Positions 38,244 through 54,311 of a stretch of DNA of 64,000 bases are shown here, piece by piece. The DNA comes from Trichosphaerium sp. ATCC 40318 (Eukaryota; Protista; Tubulinea): positions 62,001 to 126,000 of the forward strand of contig JALMLS010000342.1 of NCBI GenBank assembly GCA_038496445.1, read 5' to 3'. The first letter of the stretch is position 1, and each line of letters begins with the position of its first letter. The position numbers and the translations under genes are program-made. The notes under the pieces were generated by a model. The model ran no database searches. It was not told where the DNA came from and saw only the letters and a list, made by a program, of their open reading frames with translations.

Positions 38244-38522
38244 AATACTAAGCCAAAGACGGCTGGTTAAATCAAAAATGTTACAATCCAGAAAGGTTTG
38301 CAAAGAACCTTTTTTATGTGAATACAGACATGTGAAAAGTTATCACTTTGTCGGAACTTGATGTACCCGTAACTTACTACAAAATGTACTCGGTTTGAAA
38401 GCTTTAAAAATGTGAGTGAGACAATAAGGCAAATTTATTAAGCGCGCCTATTTCATTTCTCGGAAGCTGCTACAAGCGACACATAGGCTACGCATTTCGT
38501 AGAACTAACGTTAATACAAGAG

Positions 38523-38559
38523 TTTGAAAGGTACGCATGCCATTGCGTTCTTTTGGCGC
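38523..38559 (+). promoter_or_regulatory. CHR-like TTTGAA and E2F-type TTTGGCGC upstream of HELLS/DDM1
   Basis: TTTGAA at 38523-38528 (also 38394-38399) and TTTGGCGC at 38552-38559, about 120 bp before the ATG. Confidence 0.4.
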
Positions 38560-38675
38560 CATTGCAGGCTTCACGCACATCACAACAGCTTGTGCGTAGT
38601 GTTGTGGGTGTTAGACCGCCAAGTTTACTATGTGTTATCTAATAAGACTAAAAGTTCTGTGTAAACAATTTGAGT

Positions 38676-42577
<3,902 letters not shown>

Positions 42578-42632
42578 GAAAGTTCCTACGCCAAATAAAG
42601 TGTTTGACCGTAACAGAAAGTTATGTTCCTAG

Positions 42633-44143
42633 TTATTTTTTGCAGGCTTCTTTGTCGATTTTTTTCGCCTCAGTTTGATGTCTTGCGAGAGCCATAAGCC
42701 TCTCGTTTCTCCATGCTACCATCTTGTTGATGTATGCAGTGTCATACCTCTCACGGAAGGAGTCTTTGATCTAGTTTGGGTAAGAAAGAAGCCAAGGGAA
42801 GAAATTACTAATTTTCTTTTTTCTTTGTTTGTACTTTTTCGTGTGTTGAGTCCTTGATCTTTCTGTACTTCTGGTTTTGCCAAATCTCATCAATCTCAGG
42901 TAGGTATACCTCTTTAAGTTCTTGCATTCCACCTTGGTGGTTCAAATCTGAGTGGTGTTATCAAACAAATTATTATGATTTTTTTTGTTGTTGGTACCAA
43001 CTGTTTGGAAAGGACCCATGAAAGACCAACGTCTCCCCAATCCCTGAATGGAAATTAAATAAAAGGAGAAATGATTTTGTATTGTGTACCTCAGATACTA
43101 CTTTATCCAAATCACCTACACTACATACGCCATCTTCAATGAGTCTAGTTGTAATGTTAAAATATAACACTCAGCAACCCCATTTTGTCTCTTCTTTTGA
43201 CCAGCACGTGCCTGAATGCCTCAGCGAGGATTGCGTATTGTAGTCTGTTGACAAGAAATCCGTTAATCTCTTTAAAGAGTACGACAGGTGCTAGTGTACA
43301 ACTATGTGAGATAAACAGTTTTTGATGAAATCTGTTGTGTACCAGAACCACATTTTTCTAACAGTGCCTTAGCACGCTCTACAACTGCTTTATCTGTCCA
43401 TGGAGCAGGTACAAGTTCGATAAGCGGTACCACATGAGGAGGATTCACCTGTAGGAAACGAAATCGTGAGTATTTTCGTGAGGTGAAGGAGGTATGGGAT
43501 GGTCCGTACTGGGTGGGAAACAATACAATTCTTGCGGTGTTTCAATTCTTCAGTAAACTTTGAAGCAGGGATGTTAGACGTTGATGACGCGAGAATGGTG
43601 TCTTGTAGAATGATGAATTAGTGTTGTTGAGAGTGGTGACGCTTACCTTCATCGGCTACTTTATCTAGCTCAGCAAATATCATTTGTTTGAGATCAATGC
43701 GCTCAGGTATACACTCCTTTAAAATGTTAACGCGTTAACGGTTGACGTTGGCGTACTTGAACGTAGATTGCGCCTTTCATTGCGTCTTTTAGAGTGGCTG
43801 CTTTATGTATACGTTCTATAACGTGTAAATGTTTTAATTACGAAAAAGAGGGCCGTACTTCCAACAACGGCTGCAGTTTGGCCGTTAAGCAAATCTTGCT
43901 TCTCCAGGGTGGCTAGTTCGCCCTACGAACGCGTTAGTATCTTTGTAACGCTAAAAAAGCATAACCTCTGTGGCCTTTAACGCGGCGTCTACTTGCTCTG
44001 GAAATTTGTCGTACATATGTACGTCATATCCAGCTCTTGAAAAGACCTATAGCTGTTAATACGTGACTAGTTGAAGTTCTTCTTACAATAGCAAAGCTAC
44101 GGCCAATATAACCGCTACCGACGATACCAATTTTACCAGACAT
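42633..44143 (-). CDS. CRYL1: Lambda-crystallin / L-gulonate 3-dehydrogenase (3-hydroxyacyl-CoA dehydrogenase family)
   Basis: IGIVGSGYIGRSFA, YVQECIPE, ILASSTS, HPVNPP, LIELVPAPWT, KEINGFLVNRLQYA, GLGRRWSFMGP. Confidence 0.88.
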
Positions 44144-44259
44144 GTTGCGTGCTGTGATGGTGTTGAGATTTAGAAATTACAAGACATTTTGACACTTTGA
44201 CTTAAAATAACAGTTTCTTTTTGGCACCCTTGCTATGGAATGTCATTACGGATAATCTC

Positions 44260-47200
44260 ATGTCAGCAAGAAATGGTGCAGTAACAAGTAAAACCGTTAA
44301 TCAGAATGAAAAGCTTATTCTGTTGGTAATTCAATGTAAAGCGCCTTGGATCCACGAATGGCTCTCCGTCGTAATGTACGTTATATATGATCATTGAGGC
44401 CTCTAAATGAGAACAAGAATGATTTGGCGAGTAAATACGGTATAAAAACCACACCAGCGCATTTCTCGCGCTACTTTTTGAATTTTGTGAGCGTCGAAAT
44501 CAAAACCATCCAGGCGGTGCCAAGCAAAGCGAAAATAAAGAAATATGACCATGATTTTCCCGCCATGACAGTGTCTACGGCCAACTCGCCGGTACGTTGA
44601 TTTTTATGCAAGTTAGACTCGATTGATGATAAATAGCGTCGTATGCACCCAACAACAGTCCAGAAGTTCGGACAAAAACCCACACAACGGCGTATAACAC
44701 CAATACCCACAAGGCTGTCAAACGTGCAACCATCAACCCGCAAAGTGAACAAGTCATTCACAAGCAAGCCATTCAAACTTGACAAAGAAGCACAAGGTGT
44801 CATGGATAGGCGTGTCTCTGAGCGTCCTAAAACAAGCAATAACAACAAGACAAAAAAAAAGAGGTATCAGCCTACACAAGTCACTAGTAAACGAACTGTT
44901 GTTAAAGTAAGTATACGGATGTTTGTGTAGTAACATAATAGCTAATATTTAACATTGTAGAGGGAATCATCGAGTAATTTAATCCCTGATGACTTGCTGA
45001 CACGTGTTACAACGAAAGATATATTAAAGTGTCTTGCTCATGTATATGCAACTCTTATTGTTTGTAAATTGTCGTCAGGGATCTCTAGCGAACTGTCATT
45101 TTTACTGCAATTGCTTCGTATGGATATACACAAGGTAGTGCAACAATCTGTCAAGCAAAAGTATGTAGCAATGGTTATGTAGTTCCATTATAATCTTTTA
45201 TGAGGTTCTGGGATCAATTTGGAGCCAATGTAGTACCTTTTGGTACTGGCGTTAATTGTTTGTTCTTTGCAAGTCAAGTAATGGATCATATGAGACCTAT
45301 TTTATGCTCGTTTGCGAAACCAACACGTGATAAATTTGTAGAAAATCAGATGTATGTTTGTTATTGATCATTTGGTTTGTTAAACTATTGTAGATTGCAA
45401 AAGTTCGCTCCAGGACTTACTAGCACCTTAAAAAATGTTAAGGTGAAGCCACCATTCGTTGGTAGCAAGACGCCTTTTACAACACCTCCGCGTATGCTAA
45501 ATGGTACGTGAATTGCACTATCCAGTACTTACTCAAAGGTATACTAACTTATTGTAAACTACAGATTCTCGTCACGATTTTACTAGTCCAGAAGAACGCA
45601 AGTATTACAATTCTAGAGAACGGTGTCGAGATGAGTTTAAGCACTTAATTAGCTCGTCTGAAGTTACAAATCCAGCGTTTAAATTCACATTCCGATCTAA
45701 AGTACGGAATGATTTTTGAATCATTGTTTTGACTTTTGCAACAAGGTGCTGGCGTTCATTAAAGCGCTCAATCCAACTGTTTATCCATGGTTTGCTGATT
45801 TATTCGTGCGCGAATTATTACATTTTACATCATCACGTGATGAGTTTGAAGCAAATTTACAGAACTTAGCGACTCCAGTAAGTTATCAACAGTTTTTTAC
45901 AAGATGTTTAACACGTTCTCAGGCTAAATTGCGTAAACTTGAATCAAGACTTCATGGCGGGTCTAAAGGAGGATTTAACAATAGAAAAGGAGGTAACAAA
46001 TCTCAACAGAAAGTCGATAACTTGCAGGCAAGTCGTCATTGCGAAAAAATCTAGACACTTGGGTTTTTTTGACATTATTGTTTTGTTCAGAAACTTGCGT
46101 TGGATGAGACTCCTGTAGATGTTGTTTTTAATAATAGAGAGAAAAGATTTTATTTATTCCTAAAAAGCTGTAACAATTATTGCTTGGCTTTCCATATTAT
46201 AGCTAATCTTAAAAAAATCATTGGAGAACTTCTTCTAAAAGACCAAGTTCCTCAGACTTTTGGAGATAAACTTCTTCAATTGCGTGTTCTATCAAAGGTA
46301 CTTCACATGATGCACGTGAAAGGCTAAATTTTGTTATCAAGTTTCTAGCGTTCCTATTACATTGGCCATCTTTGCTAGCTCTAGAGTCAAACCATACAAA
46401 TCATACGTAAGTCATATTTTTTTCATGTCAAAAAAAAACCGTTGAGGGATTTCTAGGAACATGGCTTCAGGTTTCGCTCAGTTTGATGTCTTGAAGTATC
46501 TTCAACATGCCAAGTACTCTAAAAGCCTTGTATTATATATTCCATGGATAATTGAGTACCTACGGGTACTGAAGTTCCATAAAGCCACACGGTACTGCGT
46601 ACTGTATTTCCTACAATTTTCTTACTATTTATTAGGACGTCACTTTACATGAAGCGTGTAGTAAACGAGATGGTACTAATACATCGATTAAACTGGTTAC
46701 GGCCTACGCATGAGAAATTTTCAACAACAACACTATTTGTATGTATGCACTTAGAGGAGTTTTTTTCTTTATTCGAGATTACACCGTGTGAGTATAAAGT
46801 CCAAAAAGATTTCGATCCTCTTCCTCCACAATCAGACGATAAAACACAAACAGTATGTTATCTGTATATGCAATATAGCACTTACACTGTAATAGCTTAA
46901 TCTAGACGCGTTACATCTACTACAGAACGCTGAGACGTTGGCACTTTGTATGCCAAGGTTTGCTGAAATAGACAGGTTAGTTTGTTTTGCTTTTCCTTTA
47001 GAATGAAGCATTATGTGACCTTGTTTATAGCCTTGCTAAGGATGCTTTAAAGCGATATACAGCCTCAAATAGTAGATCGTCTAGCCCAAGACCACAAAAC
47101 GCTTTTGGAAGTGCCGTTGTAATTAGGAAAGTGACACCAACGCCTCAGCTTGTTGATAACACAGTACGCTCGTCAAAGTTGTGTACAGATACATTATTTT

Positions 47201-49052
47201 GTTTTAACTTTTTTTTTGTAGAGTCAACAGCAAAAACAATTGAGGCATTGGTTCTTCTGGCAACACCCTGAATTGAATAGTTTGACTAACTTTGTACTTA
47301 ACAAAGTAAGCTTTATTCTAACGTTTAAGCACTTCTATTTAATGATACCTCTGCATAGGTACTACCTAACGCTACATCAATAGCTCTCAAAGAAATACAA
47401 ACTGTATCTGATGTACGCTTTGACTTTCAGTTCGAGTCTTGTTAGAAGCTTATTTTTTTCAGGAGATTGCTAAAGAGTTGCCTCCAATAGCCAAATCAGT
47501 GGCAGCTACTGCCACTAACGCTAATGATATGAGAAAGGAGCGGTTAAAGCCTGTCATCTCTTCAAAAATTAAACGTGCAATTGCTAAAGCAGAACAAGTA
47601 GCAATGCCTTACTGTACGCTTTCACATTTTTTAAATTGCTTATTGTAGTAGGTGCCAACAATATCAAGGAAGCTGTTAATTTATTAGCACCTGAGAGTGC
47701 TAATAAACGTACAGTAGACATTGCTATCAGGCTCACAACAGAACATGCAAACAAACTCTTGCACGCTCAGATTGCTCCAAAAGTTGAGAATAAGTTGACT
47801 AATGATGCTAATCTGCAAATAAATCGGGTGCGTCACTTGTTATTACTTTGTTGTTACAATTAACATATTTTTATAGCTTATACGACAGTACGGTAAGCAG
47901 TCTCGCCCGGAAAGACAAGTAACAAGCCCATCAAGATCTCCACAAAAGTCAAAGACAGCGTACTAATTTGTTTTTTCATTTGTTTAAATTCTGATTTATT
48001 TAGTGTTCAATCACTTTTGGGTGATGTAGACCTTGTAAGTATAATTAACATACCATACGCGTGGATTATATTTACAATTTATGTCTAGGAAAAGGAAACC
48101 GCTGACGGTATTTTGGAGAAGTACAGAGAAGTGTTATCACACTATGAAGTATGAGCTTTAAACTTTTAAGTTTTAAGTCTTAGTTATATTTGTAACCCTG
48201 TGCTTCTTAGGTTAATCTAAGACATGCAATACTCAATGCTCGTGGTACTTTAGGACCTCTGTTACAAGTGTTTTTTGTAGATGGACATAAATTGTTAGCA
48301 CATGTTTGGTGTCATCAGTATGTATACTTCTTTTTTCCGCTTTCGTTTCTAATACCATTTTAAGTATGGACACCAAAAACTCCAGATTGATAGAATATAC
48401 TGTTAGAATAACAACACTTGTGGTAATTCTATGTCCACGACCAATATCTTTAGCGTTCCTTCAATGTTTTGAAGATAAGATGGCAGTTATAACAGAAGAC
48501 CCAAATTCAATTGCTACAAATGCTCGTAACTGTTTTTATTTGATCGCAAAGGTTCTTAGAACAAGTGAGGATGTAAATCTGCATATTGAGAAGATTATTA
48601 AGTCATTTCTATTCCCAACAGACGTATTACAAAAGTTATGTGATAATCCTTCTCTTGTACGTCTTGAGCCATCTTCTTTTGGTTCTTCTTTTTTTCTTAT
48701 GTTTTTTCCCGTTAGGCCGGTTGGACGTGGCAGTTTAATACTTTGGTGTTATACCTTCTTGATATCGAAGGTGTTGATGAGATTATATTAAAGCATCTAA
48801 GCTCTGTGGTGAAGAAATTAGTAACAAACCGGATCAATCAGGTTTTTGTTTTTCCTCTTTTATTCTTGTTTCTTATTTTTTTTGTAGGTGTATGTTGAAC
48901 TGCTGATAGATTTTTTGGGTCGTCACCAAGTTTTTGGAGATTCAAATAGAAAGATTAAGTTTAAAACAGTAATGGAAAACCTTCTACAAGCTAACCTGCC
49001 TGGTTTATCTAAAGAGCGACTCAAAAGAATATATCAAACACAAATCCAGTAA
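44260..49052 (+). CDS. CDAN1: Codanin-1 homolog (ASF1/histone supply regulator)
   Basis: FSRYFLNFV, LAHVYATLI...SELSFLLQLL, CLFFASQV, DSRHDFTS...RDEF, KLRKLESRL, LVLYIPWIIEYL, RKVTPT...QLRHWFFWQHP are colinear with codanin-1 motifs. The first exon is less certain. Confidence 0.8.
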
Positions 49053-49262
49053 TAAATGTAACATACTTGCTACCTTTCTTTTTCTGAGAAAACTGTAAAA
49101 GGTAGATCGTCTCGCTTTATTGCCAAAATTAGCATACAAATGTTGTATGCAATGGGCGGTTGAGGAAGGTGCAGTGACTCATAAATTCTGCGATTATGTA
49201 TTGTTAAGTTTACGTCAAAACTGTTTAAGTAAGTCTACGCCGTCAAAGTAACACGTTTCGCC

Positions 49263-50782
49263 ATGGAAACAAATATAAGGTGCCTCACTTGACTTAGGAG
49301 CGTCGTTTAATCTTTAAATTTAGCACTTCCACCGGACAATTATCGTTATTAGGCCTTCCACTCGAAATAATCGTGCATGTTATCTTATTTTTGAAAATAG
49401 AGCGACGGTTTATATCAGAAACGTGCTGGATGCTCTATAGCGCTGTTTTGAACTATACTGGATTTAGTTCTATATACATAAGGACAAGAGAAGCGTGTAT
49501 ACGTCTTTCAAAGAGCCCGTTGCTTAAAAATACCCAAATTAGACTGAAGCATTTTAAAGCAGCAACAGACGAAGATCTAGCCCTCTTGAAAGGCGTACAG
49601 GATATCAATATTAGAGGTAACCCGAAAATAACAGATAAAGGGATGAAAGAATTATCAGGAGTAAATTCCATCTCCATTTGGGATTGTCGTTCAATAACAA
49701 ACGAGGGTATAAAGTCAATCTCAGGCGCAAAGTCTGTAGATATTTATGGTTGTAGAAATGTAACAGACGAGGGATATAGGTGTATTGCGGGCGCTGAGTT
49801 TATAGATGTAAGCTATTCTGATGTATCGGATGATGTTGTTAAGGATTTTGTTGGTGCTAAGACAATAAATTTGTCAAGTTGTGATCGCGTGTCAGACAAA
49901 GGTGTTTCGGCTCTATGTGGCGTCCATACTATAAAACTTAGATCATTAAAAGTAACAGATGAAAGTATATTAAAAATAGCAAACACTGAAAATCAGATCT
50001 ACAATATTGATCTATCATACACGAACATAACAGATAAATCACTTTGTGCACTTGCTGGAGTCAAAAAAATTTCTCTTTCAAATTGCCTGAGAATAACTGA
50101 TACAGGTATTAAAGCGCTTGCTGGTGTACATTCAATTGTGTTACTACGTACTAATGTAACAGATGTTGGAGTAAAAGCGCTCAAGGGAGTTCACACTATA
50201 AACTTATCGCACACAAAAGTGACAGATGAAGGGATTGAAGCACTTGACGGAGTTTCCTCAATAACTCTTCAGTCATGCTCTTCTGTTACAGATAAGAGTA
50301 TGAAATTTCTATCAAATGCTACAGAAGTTCAAATTACAGATTCTAAAGGGATTACGAGCGAAGGAATAAGGGAGTTATCTAGAGTAGAATACATTCGCTG
50401 TTCAGGAATATTCATTTCTGATGAATGTCTTAAATCAATTTCAGGAGCTGACATTGTTGTTATGACTTCTTGTACCTTTGAGAGCCAAGAAGGCTTCAAG
50501 CACATTAGAAATGCTTCAAAAGTACGTCTTGGTGAGTCTAATATTAAGGACGAAGGATTGAAATGGCTTAGTAAAGCTAAGTACATTACTGTTTCCCAAT
50601 GTAACATATCTGATGTTGGTGTAAAGTGCTTAACATCTGCTGTTTCTTTAAACGTAGCAGGATGCCCTAACGTCACCTCTGATTGCCTTGATTATCTTCC
50701 AAGCTTAAAGAATATTAGTATAGCCAGAACAAAGATTAAGAAATCTGATTGTGAAGAACGCAATATCACTTGGTTACAGTGA
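49263..50782 (+). CDS. F-box/LRR protein; one short 5' intron then a 1459-nt exon
   Basis: METNIS|TSTGQLSLLGLPLEIIVHVILFL (F-box-like), followed by about 17 regular 22-24-aa repeats of type GVHTINLSxTxVTDxGIxAL. Confidence 0.85.
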
Positions 50783-51000
50783 CCAACAAATTGTGTACTT
50801 TCAAAAAAGTCTCAGAATTTAACCTCATCCGTTTACTATAGTTCTTATAGATCTGAATGTACTTCGCCCGCTTTGTTGTTTACTTACTTGAAAATACATA
50901 AAATTCCTCCGGATTTGTAGATCAAGTGTCTACACTGTCGTAACAATTTAGCCGCAAACACTATCGTTGACATTTGGTTATTTTTAAAGCAGTTGCACAA

Positions 51001-52393
51001 ATGGACTACCTAAAATACAAATTGAGCTATTCTACGTCACCGTATCCTGGTGACAGCAATGTCGCGTTCAGAGTACAAATTTTATCTGATTTGCACTTGG
51101 AAATGGTACAGCAGCTCTCTACATACTATGCGAGATGCTCCGACGCTATGTTAACCAAATAATACCAGGCTCTACAAGATACGCTTACATTCGAAGCAAG
51201 AGCTCCATACTTGGCATTGCTAGGTACTATTTAGCGCTACAAAACTATTTAACGGCTTAAACAGGTGACATTGGACATCCGTCTAAACCAACGTACAAAG
51301 CTTTCTTGCTACGCATGGCAGATATGTTTAAAAAGGTGTTCGTTGTAACAGGTAACCACGAATATTTCAAAGGCACCAGGGATGGAATAAACAAGCAAGC
51401 ACGTGTTTTCTTGTATTGTCGTAAAGTTAATGACATTGTATAGATTACTGACATCTGTGCATGTCATCCGAACCTTATCTTCCTTCAACAAAAGAGTGTT
51501 ATGGTGGAAGGCATAAAGGTGACTTGAATTTTTGTTGTTTAAGGTACTAACTCTTCAAAGGTTGTGGGCGCTACGTTATGGAGTCACTGTCCAGAGGAAT
51601 CAAAGAAAGTCGTTGAGGTACTTTGTAAAAAAACTGTTTTTTGCTGACTCAAATGAACTGCAGTCAGTGTGGAATGATTACAAGCAAATCTCTTGTTTTG
51701 AGAATGGCGTAAAGCGTAATATTACTGCAGATGAAACGAATGCTTGGCATCTTGAGGAAAGAACATTTCTGCTGAAAGAAATAAAAGAAGCTAGTGCCGC
51801 CAATGTAAGTAATTGATCGAAACTGTATGCGTTTTAACTGAGTACCAGATACCTTCAGTCGTATTTACACACCACAAACCATATGATTTGCACCCTGGTA
51901 TAGTAATAATAGAGGGTTTAATTGGGTAATCGTATTTTAGGAGCAGGAACTGAACTGCCTGTGGAATTCTTTGATAATGTTGCTCTCTGGGGCTATGGAC
52001 ATACGGTTAGCTTAAAACCAAAAGTAGTCGCTGACTTGTTCATAGCATAGCTCGTCTAAAACACGCAAACATGGTACTCTTATTGTAAGTAACCAGCTTG
52101 GATATGAGTACTGTATGGGTGAATCAGACGATACTTTCAGGGCTGAGTTTGTTGCCAGTGTGGTTGGTAAGAGTAATATCATTCTAACCAAGAAACTTAT
52201 CGTTTGTTGTAGCAAAAGGAAAGGTTTGGGTTCATTCAGGGCATAAAGCGAAAATAGAGTTGTACAACAAGAAGAAAAAAGAAGAAGAAGAATGGGCAAA
52301 CAGAGATACATCGGTACATGCCTTCCTTCAGTTTATAGAGGTTTAACTCTATATTAGGGCCCACCACCTGTACCACCACCACCACCAATGTAA
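51001..52393 (+). CDS. Calcineurin-like metallophosphoesterase with proline-rich tail
   Basis: SDLHLE, LLGDIG, TGNHEY, GATLWS, FTHH, YGHTH and SNQLGY motifs; ends GPPPVPPPPPM*. Confidence 0.88.
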
Positions 52394-52555
52394 GTAGACT
52401 ATCTTACACACAACGTGTAAAATGTGGAGTAACAAGCTAAGAAAAAATAAAGAAAACGGCATTTAAGCCCTTGCTATAATTAGATCGTCCATTGTTCGTA
52501 GACTTCGAAAGCGTGGAGTAAGACTCATTTTTATTACGGAAAGTTATTAACAACT

Positions 52556-53880
52556 CTACTGAGGGACAAATGTTTTAACCCAGTCGTCTAGGTCTGCGTC
52601 GGAGTTTTCACATAGGTCAGACATTGCACTTCGCATCCATGATCCTGATTTCATCAAGTACTTTACACCAGCAGAAGTAAGACGGTCTCTTAGCTCCCTA
52701 AATATTTATTAAAAAACACGTGGCTTGGTTGTTTAAAAACATACCTGTCAGATGTTGCTACAAGCGCAGTGGTGCACTTGGAAGGGTTCGAAACTGCCCA
52801 AGCCACTAATGCATCATCGGCGATTTGGAAGTCAGGGACGCATCCTTTCAATACAATAACTGTTCCATTTTCGTTACTATTATAAGGTAAGCAGGTCGGT
52901 TCTCTATAATTGATTTAAAGCGTACGTTACTTCTCTACGTTTGCATCTTCCGTCAAAGAGTACAGTGACAGACTTAAGTTCAGCGTGTTTTGCAGCAAAT
53001 TGTTTTGCGATATCAAAGAAAACATTTTCAATGCACTTTTTGCCTTTGCCTCCTTTTCTCTTCAAGAAGACATTACGTAAAGTGCTAGTGATGAAGATCA
53101 TGTTGTTTGCATCAAGCAATAGGTGTGAAACACCTTCAGGGAAGGCATCAGGGTTCCTAAAAAAAAGTAAGAAAGCGAGTTCTTCAAATAACAATAAAAA
53201 ATGTACGTTGCGTTCTCATCAGACTTTTTCGTTTCTGCTGACTTTTCGTCATCGCTGTCACCTTTTGCAAGCTTTTTAGCTGCTTGACGAGCTTCTTTCT
53301 TTTGTTTTCTGGCTTCATCTTGCTCCTACATGTAACGTTAGACAAACACACAACCTCTTTGTACGTACAATCATTGCTTTAATAACAGGCTCGATATCAC
53401 CTTCGAAACCAATCTTTCTCATAGAAGTAAAGCACTTGTGCCATTTCGTATAGCCTCTAGCATGCAGTTGAAGTAATCCTGCAATCCACAAGGCTTGATC
53501 GTCTTTTGGTACGCTCTTGGAGAAGCGAGAACATCTCTTAATATCACCAACAAGTTCAGCTTGATCAACAGGATGAACGGAAACATTTACGCTTTCAAGA
53601 TCTTCAGGTGCATCGAACTCTGCACTGCCACCATGAGGAGCACTGCAAGCTTCAGCAAGCTATAAACGCAGTTAGGAAAATTGTAGAGAACCATACAAAT
53701 TGAGCGTACTTGTTTCATTGATGGGCAATAGACGTCAACACCACAACTTTGTAGAATCTTTTGAAGTTTGTCTACAACTTTTTGGTCGTTGTCTTTTTTC
53801 ATGTCAATGTTGATATTGATGCGGACAGTTTTGCTGTCGTCACTTTTGGTTGTTGTTTCTGTTTTTGTTGTAGGTTCCAT
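52556..53880 (-). CDS. YacP/Rae1-like NYN (PIN-fold) nuclease with N-terminal extension
   Basis: Acidic catalytic pattern LLLDANNM...VLFDG...IADDAL...VATSDRELRDRL...GV, typical of YacP-like NYN domains. Confidence 0.72.
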
Positions 53881-54311
53881 TATTCTTGTGTGTACGTAAG
53901 CCACGAGATATGTTTGCTATTGATTGGTGTTGTAGTTTTTGACAGTGCCTGGTGAAGAAAATAGTTCAGTGAATGAGATTGGTGCTTTTTCTCATCTTTG
54001 TAGCAATTTCCTTCAAATCAAGGAGAGTAGCATAGAAGACATTGATATTGGAAAACTGAGATCCACTATTGGCCACTGTGGGAAAATTTCTAGTTTTTTT
54101 GCAATAACATTCAGAGCACGTGGTTATCGACCATTCAAAAGGAAAACACAAAAAGTCAATGTATGTTTGCTTGAGTACTACCAAAAGGTAAGTAGTCGTT
54201 TTACACCGACAAAATGAAACAAGGACGTTTGTTTAGTACTATAACTGTCGAATACATCAAACATAGAACGGTATTCAAAGGGACTCTTATTTTCTTTTGT
54301 ACATATTTTTT

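Noticed and set aside
53966-54217. Short ORFs between the NYN gene and the SETX stop
   Set aside because: No ATG-initiated spliced model or motif. Probably UTR/promoter, though an extra SETX terminal exon cannot be fully excluded.
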